A stretch of 64,000 nucleotides of DNA. It comes from Lama guanicoe (lineage: Eukaryota). Within the stretch, counting starts at the first letter, position 1, and every line of letters starts with the position of its first letter. Location: contig MU054338.1 in the NCBI GenBank assembly GCA_013239625.1, forward strand, positions 5,122,724 through 5,186,723, given 5' to 3'. A program made the position numbers and the translations under genes. Below, one piece after another: positions 11,770 through 25,610 of the stretch. The notes beneath the pieces were generated by a model, which saw nothing but the letters and a program-made list of their open reading frames with translations, did no database searches and was not told the origin of the DNA.

Positions 11770-13850
11770 AACAGTCAAAGGTTTATAGCAACTCCACCCA
11801 ACAAAGAGTTTAAAGGATTGATCCCAAAGATGCTCAAAGAACTAGGGAGAAAAGTAGATGAGCGGAGTGAGAAGTCAGGCATTTTAAAGAAAGAATTAGA
11901 AAATAAAAAGAGGAACCCAACAGGGCTGAAGAATACAATGAAAGAGTTAAATATCTGAGAATAAATTTAATCAGGAAAGATTTGAACATTGACGACTACA
12001 AATAAATGAAAGAACACTTAATTGGTGGAACTACAGCCTGTGTTCAGGACTAAGGAGACTTACAATATTCTTAAGATGTCAGTACTACCCAAAGCTATCA
12101 ACAGATTCAACACAATCCCTATCAAAATTCCAACATCTTTTTTTTGCATAAATGGAAAAGCCCATCCTCAAATTCATGTGGAATTACAAGGGGTCCCTGA
12201 AAGTCAAAACAATTTTGAAAAAGAAAAGCAAAGTTGGAGGACTCGTCCTTTCTGATTTTAAAACTTAAAGCAGAGCTACAGTAACAAAACAGTTCAAGAA
12301 GGTCCCAGAAGGACAGATGTATTACCAATGGAATAGAATTCAAAGTCCAGAAATAAACCCATGCATCTCTGGCCAGTAGATTTTTTGCAGTGATGCCATG
12401 TCCATTCAATGGGGAAAAGCTAGTGTCTTTAACAAATGGTGCTGGGACAACCAAATTTCCACATGCAAATGAATGAAATTGGACCCCTACTTCACGCTGT
12501 ATATAAAAATTAACTCAAAATGGATCAGTAACCTAAATACAAGAGTGAACATCATTCAACTCTTAGAAGAAAACATAGTGATAAATCTATATGACACTGA
12601 ATTTGGCAATAGATTCTTAGATGTGACATCAAAAGCACTGGCAACAAAATGAAAAAATAGATAAATTGGACTTCATCAAAATTTAAAATGTTTGCACATC
12701 AAAGGACATCTTCAGGAAGGTGAAAAGGCTTCCTACTGAATGGGAGAAAATATAAGCAGATCATATATCTGATAAGAGCTTAATATCTGGAATATATAAA
12801 GAAATCCTACAACTGAATAACAAAAACATATAGCTCAGTTTAAAAATGGGCAAAAGACTTAAATAGACATTTCCCCAAAGATGGTCTATGAATGACCAAT
12901 AAGCTCATGGAAAGATGCTCAGTATTGCTAGTTATTAGGTAAATGCAAGTCAAAACCACAATAAAGTAGCAATTCACATGCATTAGGATAGCTGTAATTT
13001 TTAAAAAATGAAAATTAACAAATACTGGCAAGGATATAGTGAAACTGGAACCCTCATGCATTCCTGGTGGGAATTTAAAATGGTGCAGTCACTGTAGAAA
13101 ACACTTTGGCGGTTCCTCAAAAAGCTAAATATAGAATTACCATATAATCCAGCAATTTCACTCCTGGGTATATACCAAAATAATTGAAAGCAGGGACTCA
13201 AACAGATACCTTTACATCCAGGTTCATAGTAGCATTATTCACAGTAGCCGAAAGGTGGAAACAACCCAAGTGTCCATTGACAGATGAATGGATAAACAAA
13301 ATATATGCATACATCAGAATATGATTCAGCTTTTAATAAAAAGGAATGAAGTTCTAAAAAACATGGATGAATCTGAAAACATTTGCTAAGTGAAATAAAT
13401 CAGACATGAAAGGACAAACATTGTAGGATTCCACTTAAAGTAAGTACCTAAAACAGGTAACTTCATAGAGACAGAAAGTGGAATAGCGGTTGCCAGGGGC
13501 TGGGGGAGGGGGAAGGAGGGGTTATTGTTTAATGGGGACAGATTTTCTATTGGGGAATGATGGAAAAGTTTTGGAAATAGACAGTGATGATGGCACAACA
13601 TTGTTAATGTCCCCAGTGCCACTGACTTGCATACTTAAAAATAGCAGGTGTAGGGGGAGGGAAATGGCTCAGCGGTAGAATGCATGCTTAGCATGCATGG
13701 CGTTCTGGGTTCCATCCCTAGGACCTCCATTCAAAATAAATAAATAAAATCTAATTACCTTCCCCCCCAAAACATGGCAAGTGTTAGACTACATATATTT
13801 TACTACAATTAAAAATTTTCCAAACAAACAAACAAACAAACAAAGAACAG
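11770..13850 (+). mobile_element. Old L1 (ORF1 scrap, ORF2 3' half, L1MB-like 3'UTR)
   Basis: ORF 12022-12255 gives ILKMSVLPKAINRFNTIPIKIP, typical of L1 ORF2; frameshifted; 3'UTR and (AAAC)n tail. Confidence 0.9.
13653..13772 (+). mobile_element. Vic-1-like SINE nested in the L1 3'UTR
   Basis: GGCTCAGCGGTAGAATGCATGCTTAGC...CTAATTACCTTCCCC. Confidence 0.85.
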
Positions 13851-16249
13851 AAGCTGCAATGCCTCTTAAGTTCTAGGTTCAGAACTGGCCCAGCATCATA
13901 TCTGAAGCATTCTGTGGGTCAGAACAAGTGACAAAGACAGCCCAATTCAACTGATGGGAGACACACTCCACTTCTTCATAGGAGGAGCTACATATATTGT
14001 CTCCTTTTTTGCTCTCTCTGTGAGATAAAGTAACAGATCTGAGCCCACATGGGTCAACACTCACCACAAACAAATACTGAGTCCAAAGTTTAGTCCAGAG
14101 AAAAAAATCTGATTGTGCTAAAACTCGTTATCCACGAAATACAGAGAGAAGAGTCTTTGAAGACATTTAAATATGCAAAACTTGACTGTGAAGAAATGAC
14201 AACGACCAAAAAAAAAAAATCACCAAGGTACAATTGACAGTTGGTAAAAATTGGACAAAAAGATCTCAATTAATGAATCAAAATTTTTACTGCAAAAAAA
14301 AGCATGGAAAAAATGTTCCTGATAAAATGATTTAATCAAGTAAAAAATGAACATTGAAAAAAATTTGGGAACTGTTTAACTGTGCTGAATAGCAAAGTGA
14401 TCCAGGAATCTCATTGGCCAAATGCAGCTTATGATTCAAGAGTCTTTTCCAACAGAAATGTGTTGGATTTTTTTTTCATTGTGCTTATAAAAATGGAATC
14501 AAAGTGTCCCCAGAATAAAACCATCTTTGTGTGAAAATGGCAGTGTGAGAGTGAGAGGGTCAAATGCCCCATGCATCTTCCTGGTGTTTGATTTTATTTT
14601 TCAGACACCAGTTGCCACTTATCTCCCAGGCAAGGCCCCAGAAATGATCTGGTCATGACCTCTTTCTGGGAAGCTGTGAATACCAAACTGTTCTGTCCTG
14701 AGAACTTCTGAAAATGAGGAAAAACCCCAGGATTTTGTCCTTTAGGATGGCCCCTCAGTCCCCCACATTGAGGGACCACTGGTAGCTCAGAGATTGTCCC
14801 TTGGTGGTTACTTGGCCCTCACCGCATCCTGGTGTCGCTCTTGCCCTCTTGACTTACCACCCTGCCTCATGTCTCTATGTTCACAGGGGTCCTCCGCCCC
14901 GTCCCAGACCCACCCAGAAATCAGGGGACAATGTTCACGAGAATCACTTCAACTTCATACTCTGCAAATCTAAGGTCACCTTGCAAATTTGTCAGTGGTC
15001 TATGAAATGTCCAGCACATAAGCTGGCTTTTTAAAAGAAGAGAGGCAAAAATACGTTCTTTAAAAAAAAAGAAAGAAAGAAAGGTGGGGGTGGTGTGGAG
15101 AGGGAGGATATGGACTTGTGGGGGAGAAGGAATGCATTATATTTATTTTTACCATCAAGTTTTTAGAAATACATTTCGTGGCTTTTCTTAAGAGTTCCAG
15201 AATTTTAATAGATGCAAAATAGATAGTAAGAGACAGTGGCAGAGGGTGGAGACAGTTTCAGAGTGAAGACAGGGGCAGAGAGAGAACACACTGAAGAGAG
15301 GGAGTGTTAGACGGGGCAAAAGGTAGATAGGACAGAGTGTAGACAGAGCAGAGACAGATGGACAGGGTCAGGGAGTGTGGCGGGATGTCAGCCGCTTCTC
15401 CCAAAACCAGAAGGAACCCCCTACTTACTATGAAGAAGGGTGAAATCTGAGACCTCAGAAGGTCCTGACACATCCCACTCTGGGTCCCAGCCCTCCCGTT
15501 CCCATTTCTGTCTCCCCATCTTCAGCCGCCATTCTGAACTTACAATGTCACCCTCTTTTATGACAGGGTCCTTTCCTACCCCATCCTCTCCAGGGCCCAT
15601 TCCTGTATCTTGGGGTGGAAACGTGTCTTTCTGCTAACTCTTGCCCGCTTTCAGTAACTGCCTTAAATATGTCCCTCCCCAGCCTGAATGCTTCCCCCTC
15701 CCCTTTCCTTCCCTGTTATTAGAGTCTTAGGCCAGCCATTCACTTATTCATTCATTCATCAAATATTTATAAGCAGTTCTCATGTGCTGGGCTCCTGTTC
15801 AGCAATGCTGGGGTCCTGGGGAGACTGGACCTAGGCTCTGCATTCCCCCGCCCCTTCCCTCATCTGCCTAGGAGGGGAGGAGGATGGGAGGGCCGTGTAA
15901 ACAGTGATAACTGCATGATCAGTCTGTCAGGGGAACGTTAAGATACTGAGGCTCAGAGAAGATGCTTAACCCAGCCTAGACTAGGGCAAGGGACGGGTCT
16001 TCGGTGTGACACCCCAATCCCCAAAACCCCGCCCCCAGCACAGAGCCCGGCTCAGAGAAGATGCGGTCGCATCACCTCCTTCTCAGACTTAGGGATTTCT
16101 GGCAATGACCCTTCTTAGACCCAACCTGTTAGTCTCTACCTTTACTACCCCCGCCCATCGTTGATCTAGGCCACACCCCTCCCAGCCCCTCCCCTACTTC
16201 ATTCAATCCTGGTCTCTAGTCCCACCTCCCGGGAGGCCAACCTCACACC

Positions 16250-17230
16250 AGTCTCACGATCTCATTGGCCAGATAGTGTCACTTCACCGCCCTCCTTCAG
16301 TTTCATTGGCTCCCTAGGTGTCAATCTTCTTTATAGCCTCCCAACAGTTGCCTGGGCTGAGGTTTGAGGGATAGATAATAATGGACGTCTCAGGACGTCT
16401 CGCTATTGGGCAAAAAGCCCGGCTCTGGGAGGGGCTTAGTGCCAAACGTTTGGCTGCCTCTGTCTGGGACAGCAGCCTTTCCTAAGAGACACACCCCCGT
16501 CTCCTAGTTATTGGATCTGCTAAGTGTTGATCAACATGACTCCACGTTCCGATAGGCAAAGCCATCCGTCCTTCACTGCTTCCTTAATTTCAATTCGCTT
16601 CTCTTCTTAAAGGCGGCAACCTTCTGGTCGTAGCCGGGGCCCTCCTTACGGAATGGCCACCGATTGGACAGATACCCTGTCACTCCTGGTTGGTGGGCGG
16701 AGCCAGAGTGTCTGGGGGCGGTGAATTGGCTGGCTGGGCCTCGGGGGCGGGGCAGCGGCTCCTGTCAGTGGATGAAATGGCAGCGGCGGAGCCGGCGGCG
16801 GTCGCGGTCCCGGGGGACGGCTGAGGGGGCCGGGCCGGGGCTGCGGGGCGAGCGGCGCGGCGGGGATCCGGCGGCGCGGCCCGGGGCGGCGAAGCTCGGC
16901 ACGGCTATGGCGGCGCGCTTGGAACAGGTAGGTAGGCGGCGCGGGCCGGGCCTCCCGGGCGCCTTCTCAGGCAGGCGGCTCCGCGCTGCGGCCCGCGGGG
17001 GCCGGACAAGACCAGAACTCGGGCCCCCTCGCCCCGAAACCCGCGCTGGGAGCCCTCGGCACTCCAAGCATGGATCCTGGCCGACAGCCTTGAGTCCCGG
17101 CCCCCGCCTCCACCTCTTTCCCGACGCTTCCAGACCCCTCAAGGACCCCTCCCCTAGACCCTCTGGGGTCCCTCCTCCCCTACGGCGCCCCTCCTCCCCT
17201 ACGGCGCCCCCTCCCTGGGAGGCCCCCTCA
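16250..17230 (+). promoter_or_regulatory. EVI5L promoter and CpG island
   Basis: Six ATTGG (inverted CCAAT) boxes at 16264, 16305, 16405, 16510, 16663, 16725; GGGCGG boxes near 16695-16750; dense CpG from about 16730 to 17100. Confidence 0.8.
16770..16927 (+). other. EVI5L: EVI5L non-coding first exon (start approximate)
   Basis: CpG-dense stretch ending in donor CAG|GTAGGT at 16928; next acceptor ccccag at 27466 leaves 47 nt before the main ATG. Confidence 0.7.
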
Positions 17231-20200
17231 GGCCCGCGACCCCCGCCCATCCTCTTTACTGACCCTCAGGACCCCTTCCCGGACCCTTCAGGGCACCCCA
17301 CCCCCACCCCACACACCTGCCCCCTATTAGTGACCCCCTCATGCCCAGGATCCCCCGCCCTCCCTCTGTCCCAATCCCTTAGGACCCCTTCAATCTGTAG
17401 ACCCCTTGCACGCCATCCCTCTCCTCACTTCACATCCTGTCTGTGGGCCCTGACTTGCCCCCACCACAAGGATACCAGCCTCAGAGCCATACCCTTCCCT
17501 TCTGACCCCACAGGACCCCTCCCTGGCCTCTGTAAATCAGGATTCCTGTTCACAAGCCTCATCAGCCAGCTGGCTCATCTCTTACCTCCCAGCAGCCCCA
17601 TGCCCAAGGGCACCCCTGAAACCCACTCCTGGGGTCCTCCCAGCCCACTCCAGCAGCTACACACACACCCCTGATCCTGACTTATCTTGATCCCTGCTTC
17701 CTGAGAATCCACCCTCAGCTCATTCTCAGGACCTCCCAACAGATGTTTTGAACCCCCTCCCCACCCAGGGACACACACCTTTCTGAGAGTCCCCACTCAC
17801 ACAAGCAGGCACACACACACATCTGGGCGCCAATAGTCCTCACGCAGAGAGATACCTATGAACCTCCAACAATTCACACTGGCAGACACCCTGGGCCCCT
17901 TGCACACGGACATTCAGGGGCCCCTGACATGTGCACACACATGCATGCAGTCAACACTTGGATCCCCAACACAGAGAGAAACTTAAGGCTTCCAACACAC
18001 ACCCAGACATTCGGGACCCCCTGACACCCACACACCCTCACACAGGCTCCTCAGCACTTCAGCACCCCTCCTTGGACCTCACCTTCCCAGGTCCTCCTGG
18101 GACCCCCCCCCCGACAGCTCCCAGTTCAAATGGAGACTCAGAGAGGTGAGCTGCCTGCCCTGCCCCAGGCAGCCAGCTTTCCCAGCCACTCCGGCCTCCC
18201 TGTGCCAGTGTCCCCATTGGGGCCCTGGAGGTGGCAGGGTGACCCAGAATCTCCCAGCACCCCTGTGGACACCTGCCCCAGGCCTCTTCCCCTTCTTCCG
18301 TCTCCCCTCAAAGGGAAGGATGCTCACTCCCCTACCCCAAAGTCTCCCCAAATGGACCACTGCCTGCCCCCTGGTTGATGCCACCTCTGGCAGAGGGATG
18401 GAAGTTCAGCCTGCTCCTAGCTCCGGTCCTGAAGTCCTGACCAGACTGGTAGGACCAGCATCCTGACCCCATCACACCCGCTGGCCTCAGATGGCAGGGC
18501 TAGTGCTGCTAGCCAGGGGCAGCCCCTGACAGCCGCGTGAGTTTTCTCACCCACGTGTGTTAGCCCGAAATGAAACGACTTTCTTCTCTCCTGGCATTTG
18601 GGACCCAGTGGGGCTGGGTTCGGGCCTGCCAGAAGCAGATAGCTCTTTGTTAAGGAATATTTTCAGACAAGAAAAATGTGCTGAAGCGGCTTGAGGGAAC
18701 AGGAGTGAGTAGTTGGCTTGGTTCTTTTCCCTTCACCCGGGGTGGGGGGGGTGATGGAGCTGGAGGACCCATGTCCTCGCGTCTTTCCAGGTGTTTTGGC
18801 TCTTCCCGCCCATCCTGCCTCTCCACAGTCCAACCTGTGGGTTCTCCTGGGCTTCCATGGTCAACTGCGGGTGGTTTGGAAGGAACTGCAGGTGGCTTGG
18901 CCCTGGCACAGGGATGAGGCGAGACAGAGAGGAGGGCAGATCACAGCATGGTGAGATGGCGTGGCCAGGACCGCAGGGAGTGAGGAGGAACCCCAGGTCC
19001 TGCCTATGGGGACTCCAGATCAGTCGAGAACTGCCTGTCTGGGCTGACATCAGCATGCCTGGAAAACCCCAGAGAAACAAACTCAGACTTCTTTGTGGGT
19101 ATTCACCAATGGATTCTGGATAGCTCTGAAGAAGAGTGTGTCTTGGCTTGGGGCCTCAACTTATCCATCTGGAAAATGGAGTGATAAATCCTTAGAAATG
19201 TACTTTTTATTTATTTCAGAGAAGCCAGTAAGGTTATAGGATGTGGCCCTAAATGTCCCATGGGCACCATGTGGAAGAGGTCAGTGGGGGTGGCAGAGGG
19301 CAGTCACCCATCTCTGAGTGCCAGCAGGATCACTGGTCGTCCTGGTCCCCTGGTTGTAATTAGCAGATGCTTCAGTGGATAATGGCTGCCTTTCTATGTC
19401 TTTCTATGGCTGAGCTGTACTTCAGGAAACTGATTTGAATCAGGACTAAGAGACAGTCTGTTGCAGGATTTGTGGCCACACAGGGACCTCCCAGGGGGAC
19501 AGAGGGTAGCCAGAGCCTGCTTGTTGGCAATGCCCATGCCCCTCATAGCCCTCTGACGCTGGGCAGAGAGAGGTTGGTTCTGCCCGCTTGCCGAAGGGAG
19601 GAGTGAATGAAAAGACTCCTGAAGGTCACGAGGCACACAGGAAACAGACTCCACCGCCTCCCCAGGGTGGGACTTTGTGCAGATGCAGTGGGGTCAGAAG
19701 GCTCCCTGAGTAGACTGTGAACATCCTGGGAAAGCACGAGAAGGCTCCCGGGGAGGGCTTGCAAACCAGACCGATGCACTTTTACCCTAGACGGGGGTCG
19801 GGGTCCAGGTCTTTGTGTGGGGCTTTGATGGGTGCAGGGGGCAAGGAGGAACATGGTCTCAGTTTCCTCTTGCAGAATATAGGTGCTGGTTGTTCTAGGT
19901 GAGGTCCTACCACATACTGAGAATTGAATCAGGGGCTGGGGCGTGGAGGAATGTCAGGTGTGGTCCCTGCCCCACGTCCAAAGAACCTCTCAACGTCAGG
20001 AGACAAGAGCTGATACCAACAGCACACACTGATCAGGCCTTGCCGAGGGCTAGGCCCTGTGCTGCGCCCCATTTACATATTATTTCATTTAATCCTCCAG
20101 ACAAGCTGGAGGACCCAGCATTCCAGCGTGTGCCTTTAGGATCCTGTGTGGAAGCAGGAGACAAGTAAATGTACAGCATGCCAGGGAGCACAGGGAAGGT

Positions 20201-23200
20201 GGAGCAGGGTTATGATGTATGGGCCACCGAGAGGAGCTCTTCAGGCAGGCATGGCCCGGAAGGGTGTTCCAGGCAGCCAAGCACCAGGACAGAGGCCCAG
20301 GAAGCAGGGAGAAGCATGGTGCATGCAGGGAACTGTGCCTCACTTGATGGGTCTCACCCTACAGGCATTTGTGTCCCAAACGTGATCCACAGGGCACACA
20401 CTGCGGGATGTGTCCTGGTACAAGGGCTCAGTGGTTGGAACTGAACTTGGACAGGCAGCCAGCCCCACCCTGCCCAGGGACATCTGCAGCACACATGGTC
20501 TCGAAACCAAACAAGGGCAGTAGCAGGAGAGAGGTTAGTTAGGACAACTAACGACCCACCAGGGCCGGGGACAAGACTGATCCCTTCCGGGGAGACTTCA
20601 AGGCCCCTGTTGGCACAACTCACCCGCACTTTTCTTTCATTTCTCAGCGTGCCATGATAGGTGTGTGAGATTGTCTGTTTGAGGGCTGTCCCCCACATCA
20701 ACCCGTGAGTCTCACAAGGGCAGTGCATGCATCTGTTCGTGGTTGAGTCCCAGGCGAGTACAGGGCACATAGCAGATGCTCAGTAAATACTTGGTTTTAA
20801 GAGCTGAAGAGGCTTCCCTACCCACCCACTTCTGCACAAGGGCCTGGATCTCTTCTGCAGAAAGAGGTCATTTCCATCCGCTCGGAGAGCTCCCAAAGGC
20901 AGGGCAGAGCCACCCACCCCTGCCCCTGGCCCAGCCAGCCTCTCAGCAGGAAAGGCCCCATCCTGGCTTTGAAGAGCCAGGAGTCTTTACGAGATGCCAC
21001 TTCTCTTATCCACCTGTCCCTGGAAGGCTTGTGAGGGCTTTCCATTTTTTCCTTTGTCATTCTCAGGGACACTAAAATGTAGAGAAATGTACAATTTTCC
21101 AGGAATGAACCTGTTGTGGTGGCAGAAAGTAGCTGGTGATGATGCAGGGTAGTACACTTCCCTTCTTTTTTAGATCAGAAGGGGCCATAATGGTCCATCC
21201 CTCGGATTTTAGCCTTAAGGTCACTGCTGCTACTGATTATTACAAATAATAATGATTATAGTTTTCTTGTGTTTAATATTTGAACAGGGCCACCTTGTGA
21301 GGGATGGGCCTGCTAAGGAGGGGAAGTTTATTTATTCAGTCCAACAAATACTGGATGTCTGATGGTATGCTGGATGCTCGGGACCCAGTAGTGGGCTGGA
21401 CAGCCCCTGCCCTGGTGGAACTTTCCATCCAACAGGGAATAAATATTACAGGCCAGCTCCTGTCCTGGGCACTTGACAGGTTTTAGTTCATATATTCCTC
21501 CCAGCAAAACCTGTGAGGTAGGTTATATCATTAGCCCTCTTTTCAGATGAGGAAACTGAGGCAAAGTGCATTGTACCCAGATCATAAAGATGGAGAGGAG
21601 TAGAGGAGTGATTTGAATGCAGGCTGTTAAGTCCTTACGGGAGGCCGAGAGATCTGGGATCAATTATCCACACACACGGCCATGGAGGAAGGTACCCAGA
21701 CGTGGACACATCCAGAGCAGCACAGAGGAGCAGCCAGGCCTGGGGGCAAGAGGAGGGCAGGCAGTGACCTCTGAGTTCCAGCCACCATCCCTGTCATCCG
21801 AGGGGCAGCTCACCTATCGCTTGCCCACCCCATGGCCAAGGAAAGGGACCTGAGATGCCAGGCCGTTTCCCCAGGAGCTGGGCCAGGTTGGACCGTGGTG
21901 GGCTGCTGGCCCACACTGGTGGTCTACGCGGCGGGCACATGGGGTCACGTGGCATCTTTCAAGGCTTCAGATTCAGAAGTGATCCTGTGTCCCCGTCATT
22001 AGAGGTCAGAAGCTGGTGGGGGGAGGTGCGGGGTTGGGGGTGGGTGGGGGAGACGAGGTAGGGAACCAAAAGTAAAGGAAACTTGTGGCCTTTCTTCCAG
22101 CCTCTAAAAATGCCCAACCCTGAAAGATGGCGCACACACTCAGTCACTCTCCCCATTGAAAAATACTGTCATTTACTGAATGCCCGTTCCACTCAGTGTT
22201 CTACGTATGTTATTTCTAAAGTCGGAGAATGCATTATTATTAACTAAAGTACATGCTTTATCCTGATGTCCTTAGTTTTCCCCTAATATTCTTTTTCTGT
22301 CTCAGAACCCCCTCCTGGATCCCACCTGACATTTTGTCGCCATGTCTCTTGTGGCACCTCTCAGCTGGGACAGTTTCATAGGCTTTCCTTGTTTTTGATG
22401 ACTTTGATACTTTTGAGGGGGACTAGTCAGGAATTTTCTAAAATGTTCCCTAACCTGGTTTTGTCACATGTTCTTCTTCTAATGAAACCAGGGTGGTGTG
22501 TTTTGGGGAGAAAGACACAGAGCTGAAGCGCCCTTCTCACCCCAAGGGCACACACTCTCAACGTGACTTAGCCCTGTTGACGTTGACCTTGATCACCTGG
22601 CTGAGCAGCACAGAGATTCTTCTCTTTGTTCATTCCGCAGACCTTGAATGAGCACCTTCTGACTGCCAGATGCTGTGTTAGGGGCTTGGAGTAGAAAATT
22701 AAGAAGATAGGTCCTGGCCCCCCAGAATGGTCATGACCCAGTAGGGCAGGCAGGCGTGTAGAGAAGGAATTGCCATAGAATGTGCCGTGGGCTTGGGTGC
22801 AGGGGTAGGAATTTTCAGGGAAAGAGGGGAGAGAAGTGGCCCAGCACAGTAGGGTGTTGCCAGGAAAGATTTCACACACACACAAAATACTCAAACCAGG
22901 TCTTGGAGAATGCCCTTCCAGTCGGAACAGCATATGCAAAGACAGAAAGAAACAGGTGCTCCTGGAGGGCTGAGTGTGGTTGGCCTGCGATGCGGAGGGA
23001 GGCAAGGCTGGCCGGGCTGGATGCACCACGCAGAAACTTTGGGGCTCCACTTCAAAGTCGGGCACAGCCGAAGGCTTCTAGGCAAGCACCAGGAGGGTAG
23101 CAGCAGGCTGCCCTGGACCCAGGTAGGCCTGCCTGTGGCAGGAAGAGGGGCCGGCTTAAGTCAGGAGGGGTTGAGTTTGAGGAGCCAGGAGAGTTTTCCC

Positions 23201-23351
23201 AAAGTACAAGCCCACTCGGGATCCCGCCGCAGCTCGCAAGGCCCCGAGGGGGCCTGGCCCGTGCAGAATCCTCTCGTCTCTTCTGGAGTCACACCCCTCC
23301 CCGCCGCTCCTGCCCCACTGTTCCTCCACCCGCCCACCCATCCCTTATCAC

Positions 23352-23925
23352 CTTTTTAATAGAGCTATCATTCACATAACAGAAAAATTCAGCCCTGTCA
23401 CGTGAACAGTTCAGTGGGTTTTAGTGTACTCACAAAGCCATGCAACTGTCTAATTCCAGAACGTTTCATTATTCCAAAAAGAAATCCCGTGAGCAGTTTC
23501 TCCAGTTCCTCCCAGCCCCTGGCAGGCACTAGTCAACCCTCTGTCCCTAGAGATGTACCTGTTCTGGGCGTTTCACATAAATGGAATCACATCGCTTGTG
23601 GTCTTTTGTGTCTGGCTTCTCTCACCGAGCATCGTGTCTTGGAGGCTCATCCATGCTGTGGCACACATTGGTTTCCTTCCTTTTGATGGTGAAATAACGT
23701 TCCACTGTACGGATAGGCCACATTTTGTTTATCCACTCGTCCATCAGTGGACACTTGCATTGTTTCCACTCCTTGGCCTTTGTGAATTGTGCTGTCGTGA
23801 GCGGTCGTGTCCAGCTTTTGCTGGGTGTATGTTTTCCACTCTCGCAGGCAGACACCTAGAAGCGGACTTGCTGGGTCACTTGGTAACTCTTCAACTTTTT
23901 GAGGAACCGCCACACTGTTTTCCAC
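23352..23925 (-). mobile_element. L1MB-like 3' fragment in EVI5L intron 1
   Basis: Minus ORFs give MENSVAVPQK...DPASPLLG and WKQCKCPLMDEWINKMW (L1 ORF2 end). Confidence 0.85.
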
Positions 23926-23934
23926 ACTACCTTA

Positions 23935-24106
23935 TCTTTTTTTTTTTTAATTTTTTAAGACTGATCTATTTGTTTATTTAGGGGGGTTTTGGTGGGGGAG
24001 GGAGGTAATTGGGTTTATTTGTTCCTTTATTTTTAGAGGAGGGACTGAACCCAGGACCTCGTGCACGCTGAGCATGCGCTCTACCACTGGGCTCTACCCT
24101 CCCCCA
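23935..24106 (-). mobile_element. Vic-1-like SINE with target-site duplication
   Basis: CCTTATCTTTT on both sides; reverse A/B boxes. Confidence 0.85.
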
Positions 24107-25309
24107 CTTCCTTATCTTTTATTCCATGCATTTTTCTCAATCTGTAATAGAAAGTTTGGATGATTGTTCCTTGGTCTCTACCCTCCATGTGCTCAGGGCG
24201 GGCCGGGTCTATGTCTTTCTCTGCCCAGCAGTCCTCAGCCCTCAGCACGGTGCTTGGGACCTGGTGGGCACTCAGGAGACACTGATCAGTGAGCAGGCAG
24301 GTGGGTTCAACTCCTCAAATATGTCTCAACTCTTCCCATGGTGCCAGGCTCAGCGCAGGGCACAGAAGTAGCAGATACCCAGACAGTGGTGATTCTGGCC
24401 CCAGTGAGAGATCTGATGGAGATGTTCAGGAGCCTGTTGGCAATCTTGGCTGGGGCTCAGGAGAGAGGAAAAGCTGGGAACAAGGGTGTCAGCATCACTG
24501 ACATACATTTGGTCATTTAAGCCTGGAGCGTGAGATCACCTTAGCCCAGGAAGGGATGAGGACTGAGGCAGCCCTGTGGAGGGAGGGGCACCATGCGGGA
24601 GCCTGAGAAGCCAGGGCAGAGGTAGGAGGAGGCCCAGGAGTCCAGCCGCTCAGAAATGAGATGGGAGAGGACTTCACGAAGGTGGAAGCATGACTGGCAG
24701 CGTCCAAAATGGGAGGAAAAGGGAGTTGGAAGACCCCCAACATCTGGACCTTTCCCCCATCCCCAACCCCAGCTGACCGGCACAGGCTCCTCCCACCCTT
24801 CTGACTTGACTCAGCTTCACCAGCCATGGGCCACCATATGGAGCCAGCAGGGACAGGGTTCGGTGGCCCACTGCCCACTCCACAGGGGCCAGGGCCCCCT
24901 CTCGGGTGGCTGAGGTGGAGCAGAAGCAAAGGGCATTAAAGTTGGGGCCATGGAGAGTCTGGGACCTCAGACCTGGGGGATCTGTGTGAGGATCTCAGAG
25001 GCTAGTGGCCTCCCAGCATCCAGGGGACCTGCCTTGTCTCCGCATCTTTGTGCCTGTCCAGCGAGGGTGGGACGGCTGCATGCTCTGGGGAGGTGGGGGC
25101 TCACTCACCTCGCTCCACTCCACATGTTTGTACCTAGGACAGCGGCCAGCCCTCAGATGGCCCTCAGTAGGCGCCAGGGAAGGAGGGGTTGAGCCAGGAA
25201 GAGTCACGAAGCTCTAGAGAGGGTGGCAGGGCCGCTCACAGAGCTGAGATAGCAGCAGGCCCCATGTCCATCTGTATTTACTCGGTTCTAGGGGTGGCGA
25301 GGTCTGGTC

Positions 25310-25610
25310 AGTGTAGGAAGTGTGTGTACTTATGTGTGCAAGTGTGTGCCAGTTAGAGCATGTGTGGGTGTGTATGGGTGGAAGATAGTGCGTGAATGTG
25401 TGTAAGAATGTGTATCTGAGTCCATGGGTGGGTGATTGTGTGTGAGTGTTTCAGAGTGTGTGCGTGTGCATGCAGGAGTGTATTAGTGTGTCTGTGTGTG
25501 AGATGGTTTGTGAATGTGAATGTATCTGAGTGAGTGTGTGGGAGTGCAGTCCTGTATGAGTGTGTGAATGTGAAGGAGTGTGTGTCTGCGTGCGTGTGTC
25601 TGTGTGCCTG
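25310..25610. repeat. Degenerate (TG)n-rich low-complexity tract
   Basis: Direct read; produces the His/Thr-rich ORF artefacts. Confidence 0.9.

Noticed and set aside
14030..14530. AT-rich block that may be an old DNA transposon fragment
   Set aside because: No terminal repeats or family text I could recognise with confidence.
16664..17674. 336-aa ORF over the EVI5L CpG island
   Set aside because: Non-ATG start, low-complexity Pro/Arg/Gly, crosses a strong donor; stop-poor GC DNA.
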